The notes under the pieces: generated by a model
Databases searched by the model: none
What the model was told of the DNA's origin: nothing
What the model saw: only the letters and a program-made list of their open reading frames with translations
Made by a program: the position numbers and the translations under genes
Virus record (IMG/VR): IMGVR_UViG_3300042502_001066
Length of the DNA stretch: 64,000 nt
DNA from: an uncultured virus (IMG/VR IMGVR_UViG_3300042502_001066)
Taxonomy: Duplodnaviria > Heunggongvirae > Uroviricota > Caudoviricetes
Reading direction: 5' to 3' (one strand)
Shown here: piece after piece, positions 1 through 9,869 of the stretch
Numbering within the stretch: the stretch's first letter is position 1
Layout: every line of letters starts with the position of its first letter

Positions 1-1
1 T

Positions 2-196
2 GGGGCAAGTGGTATTTTTATAAACTTACCTTTTTTCTCATTAGGAGGAGCTGGTGGTGGTTCTTTTGCTCTTGGAACTGCTGGTAATGGTGGAAAAGGT
101 GAAATTGGTTGTGGAGGAGGAGGTGGGGGTTCAGGAACCACACGTGGTAGTGGTGGAGATGGAGGACCTGGGATGGTAATAATAACTTGTTGGTAA
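2..196 (+). CDS. Glycine-rich virion protein, 3' part (truncated by window start)
   Basis: Open frame of GGN codons ending ...GMVIITCW-TAA, the same C-terminus type as the next two genes; absent from the ORF track. Confidence 0.8.
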   Translation, partial: GASGIFINLPFFSLGGAGGGSFALGTAGNGGKGEIGCGGGGGGSGTTRGSGGDGGPGMVIITCW

Positions 197-208
197 TTTG
201 TATGTAAT

Positions 209-1081
209 ATGAGTTTTGTATATGATTTAGCTGATTATAGTTATAAAACACAAGTGTTTTATCAGTCAGGAACTTGGATAAAACCTCAAGGTATAACTAT
301 GATATCCATTACTGCTATTAGTGCTGGTGGTGGGGGAGCTGGTGGTGCTACTAACTCATCTGCAAATAATAGGTCAGGAGGTGGAGGTGGTGGAGGTGGA
401 TGTTTAACTAGATTAATTATTCCTGAAATTTTTATAACAGATTCTTTGATAATAAATGTAGGTACTGGAGGTGCTGGGGGAGTATCGAGTGGAGGAGCTG
501 GAAATAATGGAGGTCCTACATTTGTTGATATGCCTGTTCCTGGTAATACTGATATATATACACGTATTATAACCACTTCAGGTGGTACTGGAGGTAATGG
601 AGCAACTGCTGGTAATGGAGGTTCCGCCGCTAACGTTGCAGACGCATTATACTCAACGATTGGAGTTTGGACAACAATTGCAGGCCTTGGTGGAGCTGCA
701 GGGACAACAACTAATGGAACTTCACTTACATGGGGTTCTCTTGGTATGTTATATGGGGGTGCTGGTGGAGGGGGTATGGCGGGAGGAGCTACCACACCAA
801 CAAATGGAGGAAATTTAACAGGTGCAGGTATAGTCCCTACAAATACTGGTGGACAGTCAGGTGGTAATGGTAGTAAAGGGGTATTTTCATTAACACCATT
901 CTATTCTCTAGGAGGAAGTGGTGGTGGAGGAGGTGGTACTACACCTGCTTCAGGTGGAGCAGGTGGTGATGGAAACATTGGTACTGGTGGTGGAGGTGGT
1001 GGTGCTGGTACCACACCTACAGGTGTTGGAGGGACAGGAGGACGTGGAGGTGATGGTTTAGTAATAATACAGTGTTGGTAA
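209..1081 (+). CDS. Glycine-rich putative tail/virion protein
   Basis: W-x-K-P-x-G-I-T-M N-terminus, GGGG runs, GxGGDGLVIIQCW end typical of phage glycine-rich domain proteins. Confidence 0.75.
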   Translation: MSFVYDLADYSYKTQVFYQSGTWIKPQGITMISITAISAGGGGAGGATNSSANNRSGGGGGGGGCLTRLIIPEIFITDSLIINVGTGGAGGVSSGGAGNNGGPTFVDMPVPGNTDIYTRIITTSGGTGGNGATAGNGGSAANVADALYSTIGVWTTIAGLGGAAGTTTNGTSLTWGSLGMLYGGAGGGGMAGGATTPTNGGNLTGAGIVPTNTGGQSGGNGSKGVFSLTPFYSLGGSGGGGGGTTPASGGAGGDGNIGTGGGGGGAGTTPTGVGGTGGRGGDGLVIIQCW

Positions 1082-1091
1082 AAATTTAATT

Positions 1092-2000
1092 ATGGATTTT
1101 GCATATAATTTAACAAATAACGCTCACAAAACGCAAATATATTATACTGCGGGTCAATATGCTTACACTTTACCTAAAGGTATAACTATGGTCTATATCT
1201 TATGTATGGGTGCAGGAGGTGGAGGAGGAGGTGGATTTACTCGAGCCGCTGGTTCAGCTGGTGGTGGAGGTGGAGGTGGAGGAACAGGTGCTCTTACTCG
1301 TGTAGTTATACCTAAAATTTTTCTATCAGATAGTTTACTCATATTGGTTGGTACGGGAGGACCAGGTGGTGCTGGTGGTAATCCTGCAACTGCGGGTACT
1401 GCTGGTGGTCAATCAATTGTTAGTACTAACTTAGGTGGTACGGTGAGTTTAAATAATTTATATATTGCTCAGGCTAATGGAGGAGCGGCCGGAAATCCTG
1501 GAACAGGTGCTGCGGGTGGTACAGGAGGTGCGGGAGGTACCGCGACAACTAATACAGGTATGGGTATGGTGTCATTAGGAACATTTACAAATAGAATTGG
1601 TATAACAGGTGGAGATGGTAACGCAACTGCTTCACCACTTGCTGGTGTATATGGAACAGGTTCTATACCATTTTCTGCTGGACGAGGTGGAGGTGGTATA
1701 AATGCGGCAAACCCTGGTACAAGTGCAAATGGTGGGTCAATATCGGGTAGAGGTTTTGTTGTTGATGTTGTTGGAGGAGCCGCGGCTGGTGGGGCAGGTG
1801 TTAATGGAATGTTTATGATGAAACCATTTGTTAGTCTTGGAGGTACAGGTGGTGCTAGTAACAATGCTGGTGTGGGAGGTGTTGGTGGTAAAGGGGGTCC
1901 TGGGTGCGGAGGTGGGGGAGGAGGTGCTGGAACATCTCTATCTGCTGGTGGTGCTGGAGGTCCTGGTGGTGACGGTTTAGTAATCATAACTTGTTGGTAA
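1092..2000 (+). CDS. Glycine-rich putative tail/virion protein (paralog)
   Basis: Collinear similarity to 209..1081 (PKGITM, LTRVVIP, PFxSLGG, GGDGLVIITCW). Confidence 0.75.
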   Translation: MDFAYNLTNNAHKTQIYYTAGQYAYTLPKGITMVYILCMGAGGGGGGGFTRAAGSAGGGGGGGGTGALTRVVIPKIFLSDSLLILVGTGGPGGAGGNPATAGTAGGQSIVSTNLGGTVSLNNLYIAQANGGAAGNPGTGAAGGTGGAGGTATTNTGMGMVSLGTFTNRIGITGGDGNATASPLAGVYGTGSIPFSAGRGGGGINAANPGTSANGGSISGRGFVVDVVGGAAAGGAGVNGMFMMKPFVSLGGTGGASNNAGVGGVGGKGGPGCGGGGGGAGTSLSAGGAGGPGGDGLVIITCW

Positions 2001-2009
2001 TTATATAAT

Positions 2010-2288
2010 ATGGCTTATATACAAATATCTAATATTGATGGTACACCACCCTTTCAGTTTTATGTCTGTGATTATGGTGGAAATAATTGTGAATTAGTAC
2101 AAACAGAATACGACCCAATTTATTGGCCAATAAATGTTTATGTTCCATCAACATTTTATGGGATACAATCATTTATGTTAAAGATTGTCGATTCTAATTT
2201 ATGTGAAACTATGACAATTTATAATTGTCCAACCCCTACTCAGACACCTACTAACACACCAACACCAACACCGACACCTACTTCTTAA
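2010..2288 (+). CDS. Small beta-rich Cys-containing virion protein with PT tail
   Basis: Paralog of 12328..12549 (GxxPFxxYxC...C...xxDSxxC). Confidence 0.6.
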   Translation: MAYIQISNIDGTPPFQFYVCDYGGNNCELVQTEYDPIYWPINVYVPSTFYGIQSFMLKIVDSNLCETMTIYNCPTPTQTPTNTPTPTPTPTS

Positions 2289-2340
2289 TATATTTCGTTT
2301 TTAATATTCATAAAAATGAAAATCTTGTTATTTATAGTTA

Positions 2341-5300
2341 ATGGCTTTAGGATTTAAAAATTGTTGTGATAGTAATGAATATTTCTACTTAACTGGTATT
2401 CCTGGTTATGTGTCTGAGTTTGAGATATATTATATTGAAACTCTTGAAGGCGAAATATTTTGTGGTGAATACGTTGAGATTCCCGCATTAAATTATCAAC
2501 CAACCACATATAATTTAGTTGGAATGACTGGACAAACAAGTTGTACAACTTGTAATTTATTAAATCCATGTCCTACAGGTATTACCGTTGATTTAAATGC
2601 TCAGTATTCAACAACCGCATTAGTCAATGATTGCTCGTTAAAAACAATTTTTCCAATGGAGGTTACTTGTATAAGAACTTTTCCTTCAGCGACCGATTCA
2701 TTGGACGGGCAAGTAGGTTTATATATTGTAGGGGGAACTCCTCCTTATTCTATTTTTACAGGTACAAGTACAACTGCGGTTGGACAAAGCACTAATGGAC
2801 AAACATTTCAAGTTTATAGTAATGTTTCAGCTGGAACATATACATCTATTGTTTATGATTTTTATGGTGATTATATTGAAACTGTTGATTGTATATTACT
2901 TGACGCTCCTAGGTCAATAATTGCTTATTGTTCATCAACATCACCGACTTATTATGGTGGAAATAATGGGTCAATTTACATTACTGTTGTAGATGGTACA
3001 CAACCATTTTCCTACACATTTAATGGTGTTACTACAACAGGTAATGACTCGTTTAGCGCGGTTGGATTAACTGCTGGTACATATACTATTTTAGTTACTG
3101 ATAGCGGTGAAGGAGTGTTCCAACAAAGTCAAACAGTGACTTGTATTGTAACTAACCCAATGCCGGTTAATAGTCAAACTCCTACTCAGACACCTACTCA
3201 AACACCTACTCAAACACCAACACCTACACCATCAGTTACTCCTACTAATAATCCAACACCGACACAAACGTCTACTCCAAGTGTTACGCCAACTTTAACA
3301 TCTACCCCAACTGTTACATCTACTCCAACAAATACTCAAACTCCTACACCAACTGCTTGGTCGTTTAGAAGATTAATTTCATGTTGTGGTGGTACAAATG
3401 GTAAAGGTTATGTTCCAAATAATTTAGTTGTTGGTGATATAATTGTTGCAACAAATAATCTATGTTATACAGTTGGAACAATCGATATTGACGTTGCTAC
3501 ATTAGTATATCAATCACAGTTTATTGGAGATTGTGATACATGTAACTCAGCACACCCGTGTCCTAGTCCAACTCCAACGGCAACATTAACACCAACACCA
3601 ACGGTTACACCAACATTTACACCAACTCCAACAACGACACCGACGTTAACACCAACTCCAACAACGACAACAACATTAACCCCAACGGCAACAACAACAT
3701 TAACACCAACACCAACTCTTACTCCAACTCAAACAGCGGTTCTTCCAATTGGACCTTATTTCCAAGTACAAAATATTATTGATACGAATCCATTAATATC
3801 GACCTTTATAACTGCACCTGATAGTAGTTTTAATATTAATTGGGGTGATGCATCAACACTTCCTGTTAATATTACGAATCCACCATATTCACCATCATAT
3901 TCTGCATATTCGTACAATCATACGTATGATTCTAACCTATACACTGCAACATTTGATAATTTCCAACTTTCATCCGTAACGTCTACTAATAATATTCAGG
4001 AAATTAGATTATTTAATATCTCAGATATCATTGAAAATGTTTACACTTTTAGTGCATTTACTGCTGCGACTGATATATGGTTATCAGGTACGACTCTAAC
4101 TGATTTCAGTTCTAGTTTACCTAACTCACTTGTTGATTTTTATATCTATAATACAAATGCTCCAGGGTCTCAAAATTTCCAATTTAGTCCTACAACTAAT
4201 TTGGCGACATTACCCGTATTTAGGGAACTATTAATTCAGAATACTGATATATCAGGGTTTACCTACAATTTTTCAGGAAGTAGTTCATTTAGAACTTTAA
4301 CTTTAATTGGTAATAATAGTTTAACTAACTTGAATGTGACGGTACCAACTGGCTCAACATTCAATCAAATATACATTGTACTTAATACATCATTACCAAT
4401 ACTTAATGTGACCAATAATTTATCGGGTTGTACAGGTCTTGAATTAATAAATGTTTTTTCTAATACATCATTATCAGGATGGACCTATACATTACCAGTA
4501 TCTGCTGAAATTGCCAATCTTAGTGGTAACAGAATCCGTAATTTTGATATTGATTTATCAGCAAATACGAATTTAACTGATTTAAATTTAAATAGTAATC
4601 TTGTTTTAAGTTCATTCACAAATACTATCTCAGCTTGTACATCGTTAACAACGTTAAGGTTAGATAGTAATAATTTGACATCATTACCACCTATATTCCC
4701 TAATAGTATACAAACTTTGAGATTGGATTCAAATGATATAACAGGATATACAAGTAACTTCCCGACTAGTTGTGTGACTTTTAATATGAGTGATGTTTCA
4801 GCAACTTTACAGACTGTTCCTCAATGGTCGGTAGATTTAACGGGAGCAACGTCATTACAAACTTTCAATTTAAATAGTGTTGGTTTATCAGGATGGACAA
4901 CACTATTCCCAACGTCTATTAGAACAATAAATTTTGAAAGTAATATTTTACAGAATTTTGATTTTAATTACACTCAAGGGGCAACATCAATTAGTCTATA
5001 TGATAATATATTAACAGGTACAACAAATTTATCCGCACATACCTCAGTAGTTACATTAGATATTGGAAGTAATAATTTCATAGATAGTACACAAATAATA
5101 CAAGGTAATTTCCCATCAACTTTGAGAACATTTAGTGTGGGAATCCCAACATTAACAGGATGGACATCAACATTCTCAGCAATGACCAATATGTTATCAT
5201 TAGATTTTAGAGGTAGTGACCTTAAAACCGCGGCGGTAGATTATATTTTACAAGATGTTGCGACTATTGCGACGGCAAATACTTTGTACAATAAGACTTT

Positions 5301-5418
5301 ATTGTTTACAGGAACCACATTCCCACAACCTGAATCACCGACGGGAGGTTTAACTAATCCATATTATTTATTACTTAAAAATTCTCCATACAATTGGAAT
5401 ATTACGGTAAAACCATAA
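2341..5418 (+). CDS. Large virion surface/adhesin-like protein: Cys modules, SprB-like repeats, Thr-Pro linkers, C-terminal LRR
   Basis: GGTPPYS / GLTAGTYTILVTDS SprB-like motifs, TPT repeats, LxxLxLxxNxLxxLP repeats. Confidence 0.65.
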   Translation: MALGFKNCCDSNEYFYLTGIPGYVSEFEIYYIETLEGEIFCGEYVEIPALNYQPTTYNLVGMTGQTSCTTCNLLNPCPTGITVDLNAQYSTTALVNDCSLKTIFPMEVTCIRTFPSATDSLDGQVGLYIVGGTPPYSIFTGTSTTAVGQSTNGQTFQVYSNVSAGTYTSIVYDFYGDYIETVDCILLDAPRSIIAYCSSTSPTYYGGNNGSIYITVVDGTQPFSYTFNGVTTTGNDSFSAVGLTAGTYTILVTDSGEGVFQQSQTVTCIVTNPMPVNSQTPTQTPTQTPTQTPTPTPSVTPTNNPTPTQTSTPSVTPTLTSTPTVTSTPTNTQTPTPTAWSFRRLISCCGGTNGKGYVPNNLVVGDIIVATNNLCYTVGTIDIDVATLVYQSQFIGDCDTCNSAHPCPSPTPTATLTPTPTVTPTFTPTPTTTPTLTPTPTTTTTLTPTATTTLTPTPTLTPTQTAVLPIGPYFQVQNIIDTNPLISTFITAPDSSFNINWGDASTLPVNITNPPYSPSYSAYSYNHTYDSNLYTATFDNFQLSSVTSTNNIQEIRLFNISDIIENVYTFSAFTAATDIWLSGTTLTDFSSSLPNSLVDFYIYNTNAPGSQNFQFSPTTNLATLPVFRELLIQNTDISGFTYNFSGSSSFRTLTLIGNNSLTNLNVTVPTGSTFNQIYIVLNTSLPILNVTNNLSGCTGLELINVFSNTSLSGWTYTLPVSAEIANLSGNRIRNFDIDLSANTNLTDLNLNSNLVLSSFTNTISACTSLTTLRLDSNNLTSLPPIFPNSIQTLRLDSNDITGYTSNFPTSCVTFNMSDVSATLQTVPQWSVDLTGATSLQTFNLNSVGLSGWTTLFPTSIRTINFESNILQNFDFNYTQGATSISLYDNILTGTTNLSAHTSVVTLDIGSNNFIDSTQIIQGNFPSTLRTFSVGIPTLTGWTSTFSAMTNMLSLDFRGSDLKTAAVDYILQDVATIATANTLYNKTLLFTGTTFPQPESPTGGLTNPYYLLLKNSPYNWNITVKP

Positions 5419-5475
5419 TGATATTTATTTCATTTTTAAAAAACATTAGTACTATTATTTATAGTATAGTAAATT

Positions 5476-6951
5476 ATGATTGTGACTCCTTATAATTATT
5501 TAGTATCAGATTGTTGTAGTGGTAACCAGTACATCGTTAATATGCCAAGTGGTGCATTAGTTGGTGAGATGTGGTATATTCAATCAGTTGGTGGGTATAA
5601 TTTCTGTTGTATAATTGAACAGATATTAGGGTTGAGTATGTCAGGATTTGATTATATTGCGGACACTGCGACATTAGTATCAAGTGACGTTAATACATGT
5701 TCATCGGCACCTTCATATTGTTGTTCAATATCAAGTCCTACACCAATTTATTATTCTCCTGAATTGTGTTTAACATTTGAATTATGTGGTACACCAATAT
5801 TTTTGAATTTTATAAGTGCGTCAACTCAAAATTACCATCCCGTTTATTCATTAGTTAATATTTCGGACATTGGAGTTACAGGAATGACATTGTCTTATGG
5901 TAGTAACGGTTGGGTTTCATCAGTTGAAAACCAAAACACATTTTCTATAACAAATGATTGTTCAATAGGGATTATTTCATTTACTAAAAACCCAAGTCCA
6001 TTAAATGACCAGCCGACAGGTATTTGGATTGGAGGTGGGATTGGAAATATTGTTGGAGTATCTGCAAATTTTTTAGAAGGTGCGTGTAGTGCTAATACCC
6101 AATCTACAGTTGTTGATTTACAATATCAAACAGAACCTGGATGTTCATTTATAAATGAAAATAATGGCTCTGTTACATTAATTGCTACATCAAACTCAGG
6201 TGGACCATTTACATATTATGTTGATGGGCAATTGAAGAATTCAAACGTTATATTTGGATTATCTGTGGGTTCACATACCGCACAAGCTATTGATTCTAAT
6301 GGTAATATTAGTGACTCAGTAAGTTTTGAAATTATAAATACAGAACCTGTTGAAATTAATTATTCTACACAAGTTAATAATGTAATATCTAATACCTATC
6401 CAGTTGTTTCAAATTTAACTTATACTTCAAACGTAACTTATCCTTCATTACCACAAGGTTCTCAAATAACGACATACCTAACTTTTAATCCACAAGTTGA
6501 ATTAATTCAGTTGATAAATAATTCTATCAATTACACCATTTCATTTAATGTAATTCAAACTTTTCAAAATGGTACGCAACAAACAATACCATTTACATTA
6601 GGTTCGTCACTATCAAACATTGTTGATAATAGTCCTTGTGGGTCAATTAAAAATGATAATTATATATACACAAGTAACAATCAATTAACTATTAATAGAG
6701 GTGACCAATTAGATATTGAATTAACATTTAGTTGGTCATTTGATGGAACACCACAACTTACAACATGTTATGATATGATAAAATTATCTGGTGGTTTTGT
6801 ACATACAAATTCTGAAACTACAAATATTTGTGGTTATTTATCAACAGGATTTGATGTAAATTATCTCCTTAGAATAATAACTTTAGATATTCAAAAATCT
6901 GTTGGGCAACCTGTTAGTGGGTCGGTTCTTTTAAATTCATATGGGCCTTAA
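5476..6951 (+). CDS. Putative virion structural protein (Cys module, SprB-like repeat)
   Basis: N-terminal DCC module; GGPFTYYVDG...GLSVGSHT motif; structural gene context. Confidence 0.55.
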   Translation: MIVTPYNYLVSDCCSGNQYIVNMPSGALVGEMWYIQSVGGYNFCCIIEQILGLSMSGFDYIADTATLVSSDVNTCSSAPSYCCSISSPTPIYYSPELCLTFELCGTPIFLNFISASTQNYHPVYSLVNISDIGVTGMTLSYGSNGWVSSVENQNTFSITNDCSIGIISFTKNPSPLNDQPTGIWIGGGIGNIVGVSANFLEGACSANTQSTVVDLQYQTEPGCSFINENNGSVTLIATSNSGGPFTYYVDGQLKNSNVIFGLSVGSHTAQAIDSNGNISDSVSFEIINTEPVEINYSTQVNNVISNTYPVVSNLTYTSNVTYPSLPQGSQITTYLTFNPQVELIQLINNSINYTISFNVIQTFQNGTQQTIPFTLGSSLSNIVDNSPCGSIKNDNYIYTSNNQLTINRGDQLDIELTFSWSFDGTPQLTTCYDMIKLSGGFVHTNSETTNICGYLSTGFDVNYLLRIITLDIQKSVGQPVSGSVLLNSYGP

Positions 6952-6986
6952 TAGAATAAAATATAAATAATAGATAATTATTAGAA

Positions 6987-9173
6987 ATGGGTTATATAAT
7001 AAAAGAAAATCAAGGATTACTTGTAACAAGATTAACGGATGTTGGGAGAAGAAAAATATCCGAAGGTAATTTCAACGTGGCTTATTTTCAAATAGGTGAT
7101 AGTGAAGTTAATTACACCGCTTTATCTAATTACGATAATTCTGATTATATGGTTTTGGAACCGCCATACAATGCTCAAAACAATGTTGGTATTCCACAAT
7201 CTACAAGAACGGATATTAAATACCCATTTTATTTACAAGGATTTAATGGTATAACTTACGGTATTCCATTTATGGCATCTGCGGATGATTCAGTTTATAA
7301 CACTGCGGCACCTAGTGGTTTTTTTGTAACAGCTACTACTGCGTCTACTTGTTTTATGCCATATCATACAAGTGCTTATACCTACAACTCACAATATGTT
7401 GTTAATTTATCTGGTTCATCATTTAATGGTGGAAGTACGATTTTAACTATGAGTTCAAGTCCTTGTTCTGATTCAGCATCAGGTACCACTATTTCAGCAG
7501 GTACTTTTGTTACCATCTATATGAGTGGAGGGTCATCTTGTGGTTGTATTGATTCGTGTCATCCTATATTAACATACAAAGTTATAAGTGTTAATGGATT
7601 AAACATTACTTTAGATAGATTTTTACCTGATTTAAATACTATTGGATATACGGGTAATGCTCGTTTATTCTTTTACCCATCAGGTATGACTGGTTATGAT
7701 TTACCAACACCGATGAACTATTGGAATGATAGTGTTATTAATTACGAATCAGTTTGTACACCTGAAGATGGTTTAGTTAAAGTTTGGAATATGAATATTC
7801 CTTGGTCGGTTAATCCTGCTGGTTTAATAACACCTTACAGACAATTTAATGACTTTGGTTCAAAAGATTACATTAGTTCAAAAGAGTATTTTGGTTACAT
7901 GTCCTCAAGTGGACAAAGTGGTACTTCTAATGTTTATTATTATAACTCATTTAATGAGGAAATTATAGTGACACCTGAAGAACAAAAGGCGGTTGCGATA
8001 GTACATTATACTAACAATACGATTATTAATTTTTATGGTGAAAAGTTTGCTTGTGAAGCTTATGACACCACAAATCCTGGAGCGACAGGACAGGCAAGGA
8101 ACTTTAGTATTAATTTACCTTGGTTAATGTGGCATAAAAACCCAACAACTTGTTGTAGTGGAGAGACATTTTGGATAGACCCTGCAGGATTTAATAACTA
8201 CGATTTATTAACACCTTATTATTTAAAATCACTTAAGAACTCAGACATGAATTCACCTGGTATGAGATATTATCATTTATATGATACTCATCCAAATCCA
8301 AAAAATGGATTACCAAATAGAGTTGGAAAAGTTTTTCCTGATGATAAAGTTATTATTTTTGATGATGAGGAAATCGTTGCGGTAATGAATAATATCTCTA
8401 ATAGAAATTACACATTACCTGCACCTAAATTAGGATTGGTTACACCTGGTTCTTGTGGTGATAATACCACAGATGGTTTACTTGATAATGACCAACAATG
8501 TGCTTGGGTGACTTACTCATTCCAAGGACCATGGCAAGGACTTCATTGTAATTATTATCAAAAAATTATTGGACCAGTAACAGGTGTTAGTACAACAGAA
8601 CAAAATGTTATTGTTAGATTTGGGGATGAGTTTGGATGTATGACGACAGGTGCAACTAATGGGTTTTTTGCAACAGGTTTTACAATGTTGGTGCAAACAG
8701 GTACGACATCACAAGTCACTCCCGACCCGACAAAATGGGTTTCAATTGATTTTACTAATTCTTTATCAGGTTATACAGTTGGTGGTTATATTAATCCTGT
8801 TGGATTAAGTGCGATAACATATACAATTACACCTACAATATATAATAATGGTAGTTCATATAATTTAAGTAATCAGATTGAAATTCCATTGGCGACTGAG
8901 ACAAATTATTTAGGGTTTGGTGATGAATATTCATTCTATGGTAATGTTAATACTGATATTCAGGCAACAATTTATGAGATGAGATATATAATTAATCTAC
9001 CTAATACTCAATTTGTTAATACATCTAACCCAACTTGGACTGCGGGTAACACACCTTATATGTCTGAAATAGGTTTATATGATGTTAATAAAAACTTATT
9101 AGTACTGACTAAATTCCAATCACCTCAAATAAGACAAGGTGTTCAACAAGCAGTTGTTAAGTTAGATTTTTAA
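6987..9173 (+). CDS. Putative baseplate/tail-collar structural protein
   Basis: LTDxGR N-terminus and SEIGLYD...LL...K...VKLDF C-terminus resembling tail-fibre/collar attachment domains. Confidence 0.55.
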   Translation: MGYIIKENQGLLVTRLTDVGRRKISEGNFNVAYFQIGDSEVNYTALSNYDNSDYMVLEPPYNAQNNVGIPQSTRTDIKYPFYLQGFNGITYGIPFMASADDSVYNTAAPSGFFVTATTASTCFMPYHTSAYTYNSQYVVNLSGSSFNGGSTILTMSSSPCSDSASGTTISAGTFVTIYMSGGSSCGCIDSCHPILTYKVISVNGLNITLDRFLPDLNTIGYTGNARLFFYPSGMTGYDLPTPMNYWNDSVINYESVCTPEDGLVKVWNMNIPWSVNPAGLITPYRQFNDFGSKDYISSKEYFGYMSSSGQSGTSNVYYYNSFNEEIIVTPEEQKAVAIVHYTNNTIINFYGEKFACEAYDTTNPGATGQARNFSINLPWLMWHKNPTTCCSGETFWIDPAGFNNYDLLTPYYLKSLKNSDMNSPGMRYYHLYDTHPNPKNGLPNRVGKVFPDDKVIIFDDEEIVAVMNNISNRNYTLPAPKLGLVTPGSCGDNTTDGLLDNDQQCAWVTYSFQGPWQGLHCNYYQKIIGPVTGVSTTEQNVIVRFGDEFGCMTTGATNGFFATGFTMLVQTGTTSQVTPDPTKWVSIDFTNSLSGYTVGGYINPVGLSAITYTITPTIYNNGSSYNLSNQIEIPLATETNYLGFGDEYSFYGNVNTDIQATIYEMRYIINLPNTQFVNTSNPTWTAGNTPYMSEIGLYDVNKNLLVLTKFQSPQIRQGVQQAVVKLDF

Positions 9174-9229
9174 ATTATTTACTATTAAGTTAATTAATTT
9201 AATATTAAATCTAATAACTAACATTAGAT

Positions 9230-9823
9230 ATGGCAAAAAGTATTAAGAATTCTCCTAAGATTTTGGGATTGGATGTTTCAACTAAAACTATTGGTGTTGC
9301 ATTGTTTGATTTATCTTCAAGAGATTTATTGGAGTTGACACATGTTTCACCACAACCAAAACCGACACCTGAAACCAAGATTGAAGAAATGTTATTAAAA
9401 TCTGCGACATTCAGAAAGAAGTTGGAGGAATACAAAGGTGTTGGTGTTGTTAGATGTGTAATTGAAGAACCTTTGTTGAATAGTAATAATGCTTATACTA
9501 TCGGAACACTATTAAGATACAACACATTAATTACTAAAGAAGTTTATGATGTATTAGGTATCGTTCCTGAATACGTCTCAACATATAACTCAAGAAAAGA
9601 AGCTTGGCCTGAATTGGTTAAAAAAAACGAGAAAGGTAAGTTTGTATTATTTGGGGGGTATCCAAAAGATTGTGATAAGAAGATGATTATATGGGAACTT
9701 GTTGCGAAGAGAGAACCTCAAATTAATTGGTTATATACAAGAAACAATACTTTAAAGAAAGAGAATTTTGATATGACAGATGCTTATACTGTTGTATTAA
9801 GTTATCTAAATTCTAAAAAATAA
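9230..9823 (+). CDS. RuvC-like Holliday junction resolvase
   Basis: ILGLDVSTKTIG, VIEEP and DMTDA RNase H-fold acidic motifs. Confidence 0.75.
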   Translation: MAKSIKNSPKILGLDVSTKTIGVALFDLSSRDLLELTHVSPQPKPTPETKIEEMLLKSATFRKKLEEYKGVGVVRCVIEEPLLNSNNAYTIGTLLRYNTLITKEVYDVLGIVPEYVSTYNSRKEAWPELVKKNEKGKFVLFGGYPKDCDKKMIIWELVAKREPQINWLYTRNNTLKKENFDMTDAYTVVLSYLNSKK

Positions 9824-9844
9824 TAAGATTTTTAATTTAAAATT

Positions 9845-9868
9845 AAGGTGTCGTTTGACACCTTTTTT
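9845..9868. terminator. Intrinsic terminator between convergent genes
   Basis: AAGGTGTC-GTTT-GACACCTT followed by T-run. Confidence 0.75.
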
Positions 9869-9869
9869 G

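Noticed and set aside
286..1987. Pro-rich minus-strand ORFs (286..795, 1469..1987)
   Set aside because: Shadows of GGN codon runs in the Gly-rich genes
3170..3730. Short tandem repeats as a possible CRISPR array or VNTR
   Set aside because: In-frame, codon-degenerate Thr-Pro repeats; no constant repeat with unique spacers seen anywhere in the window
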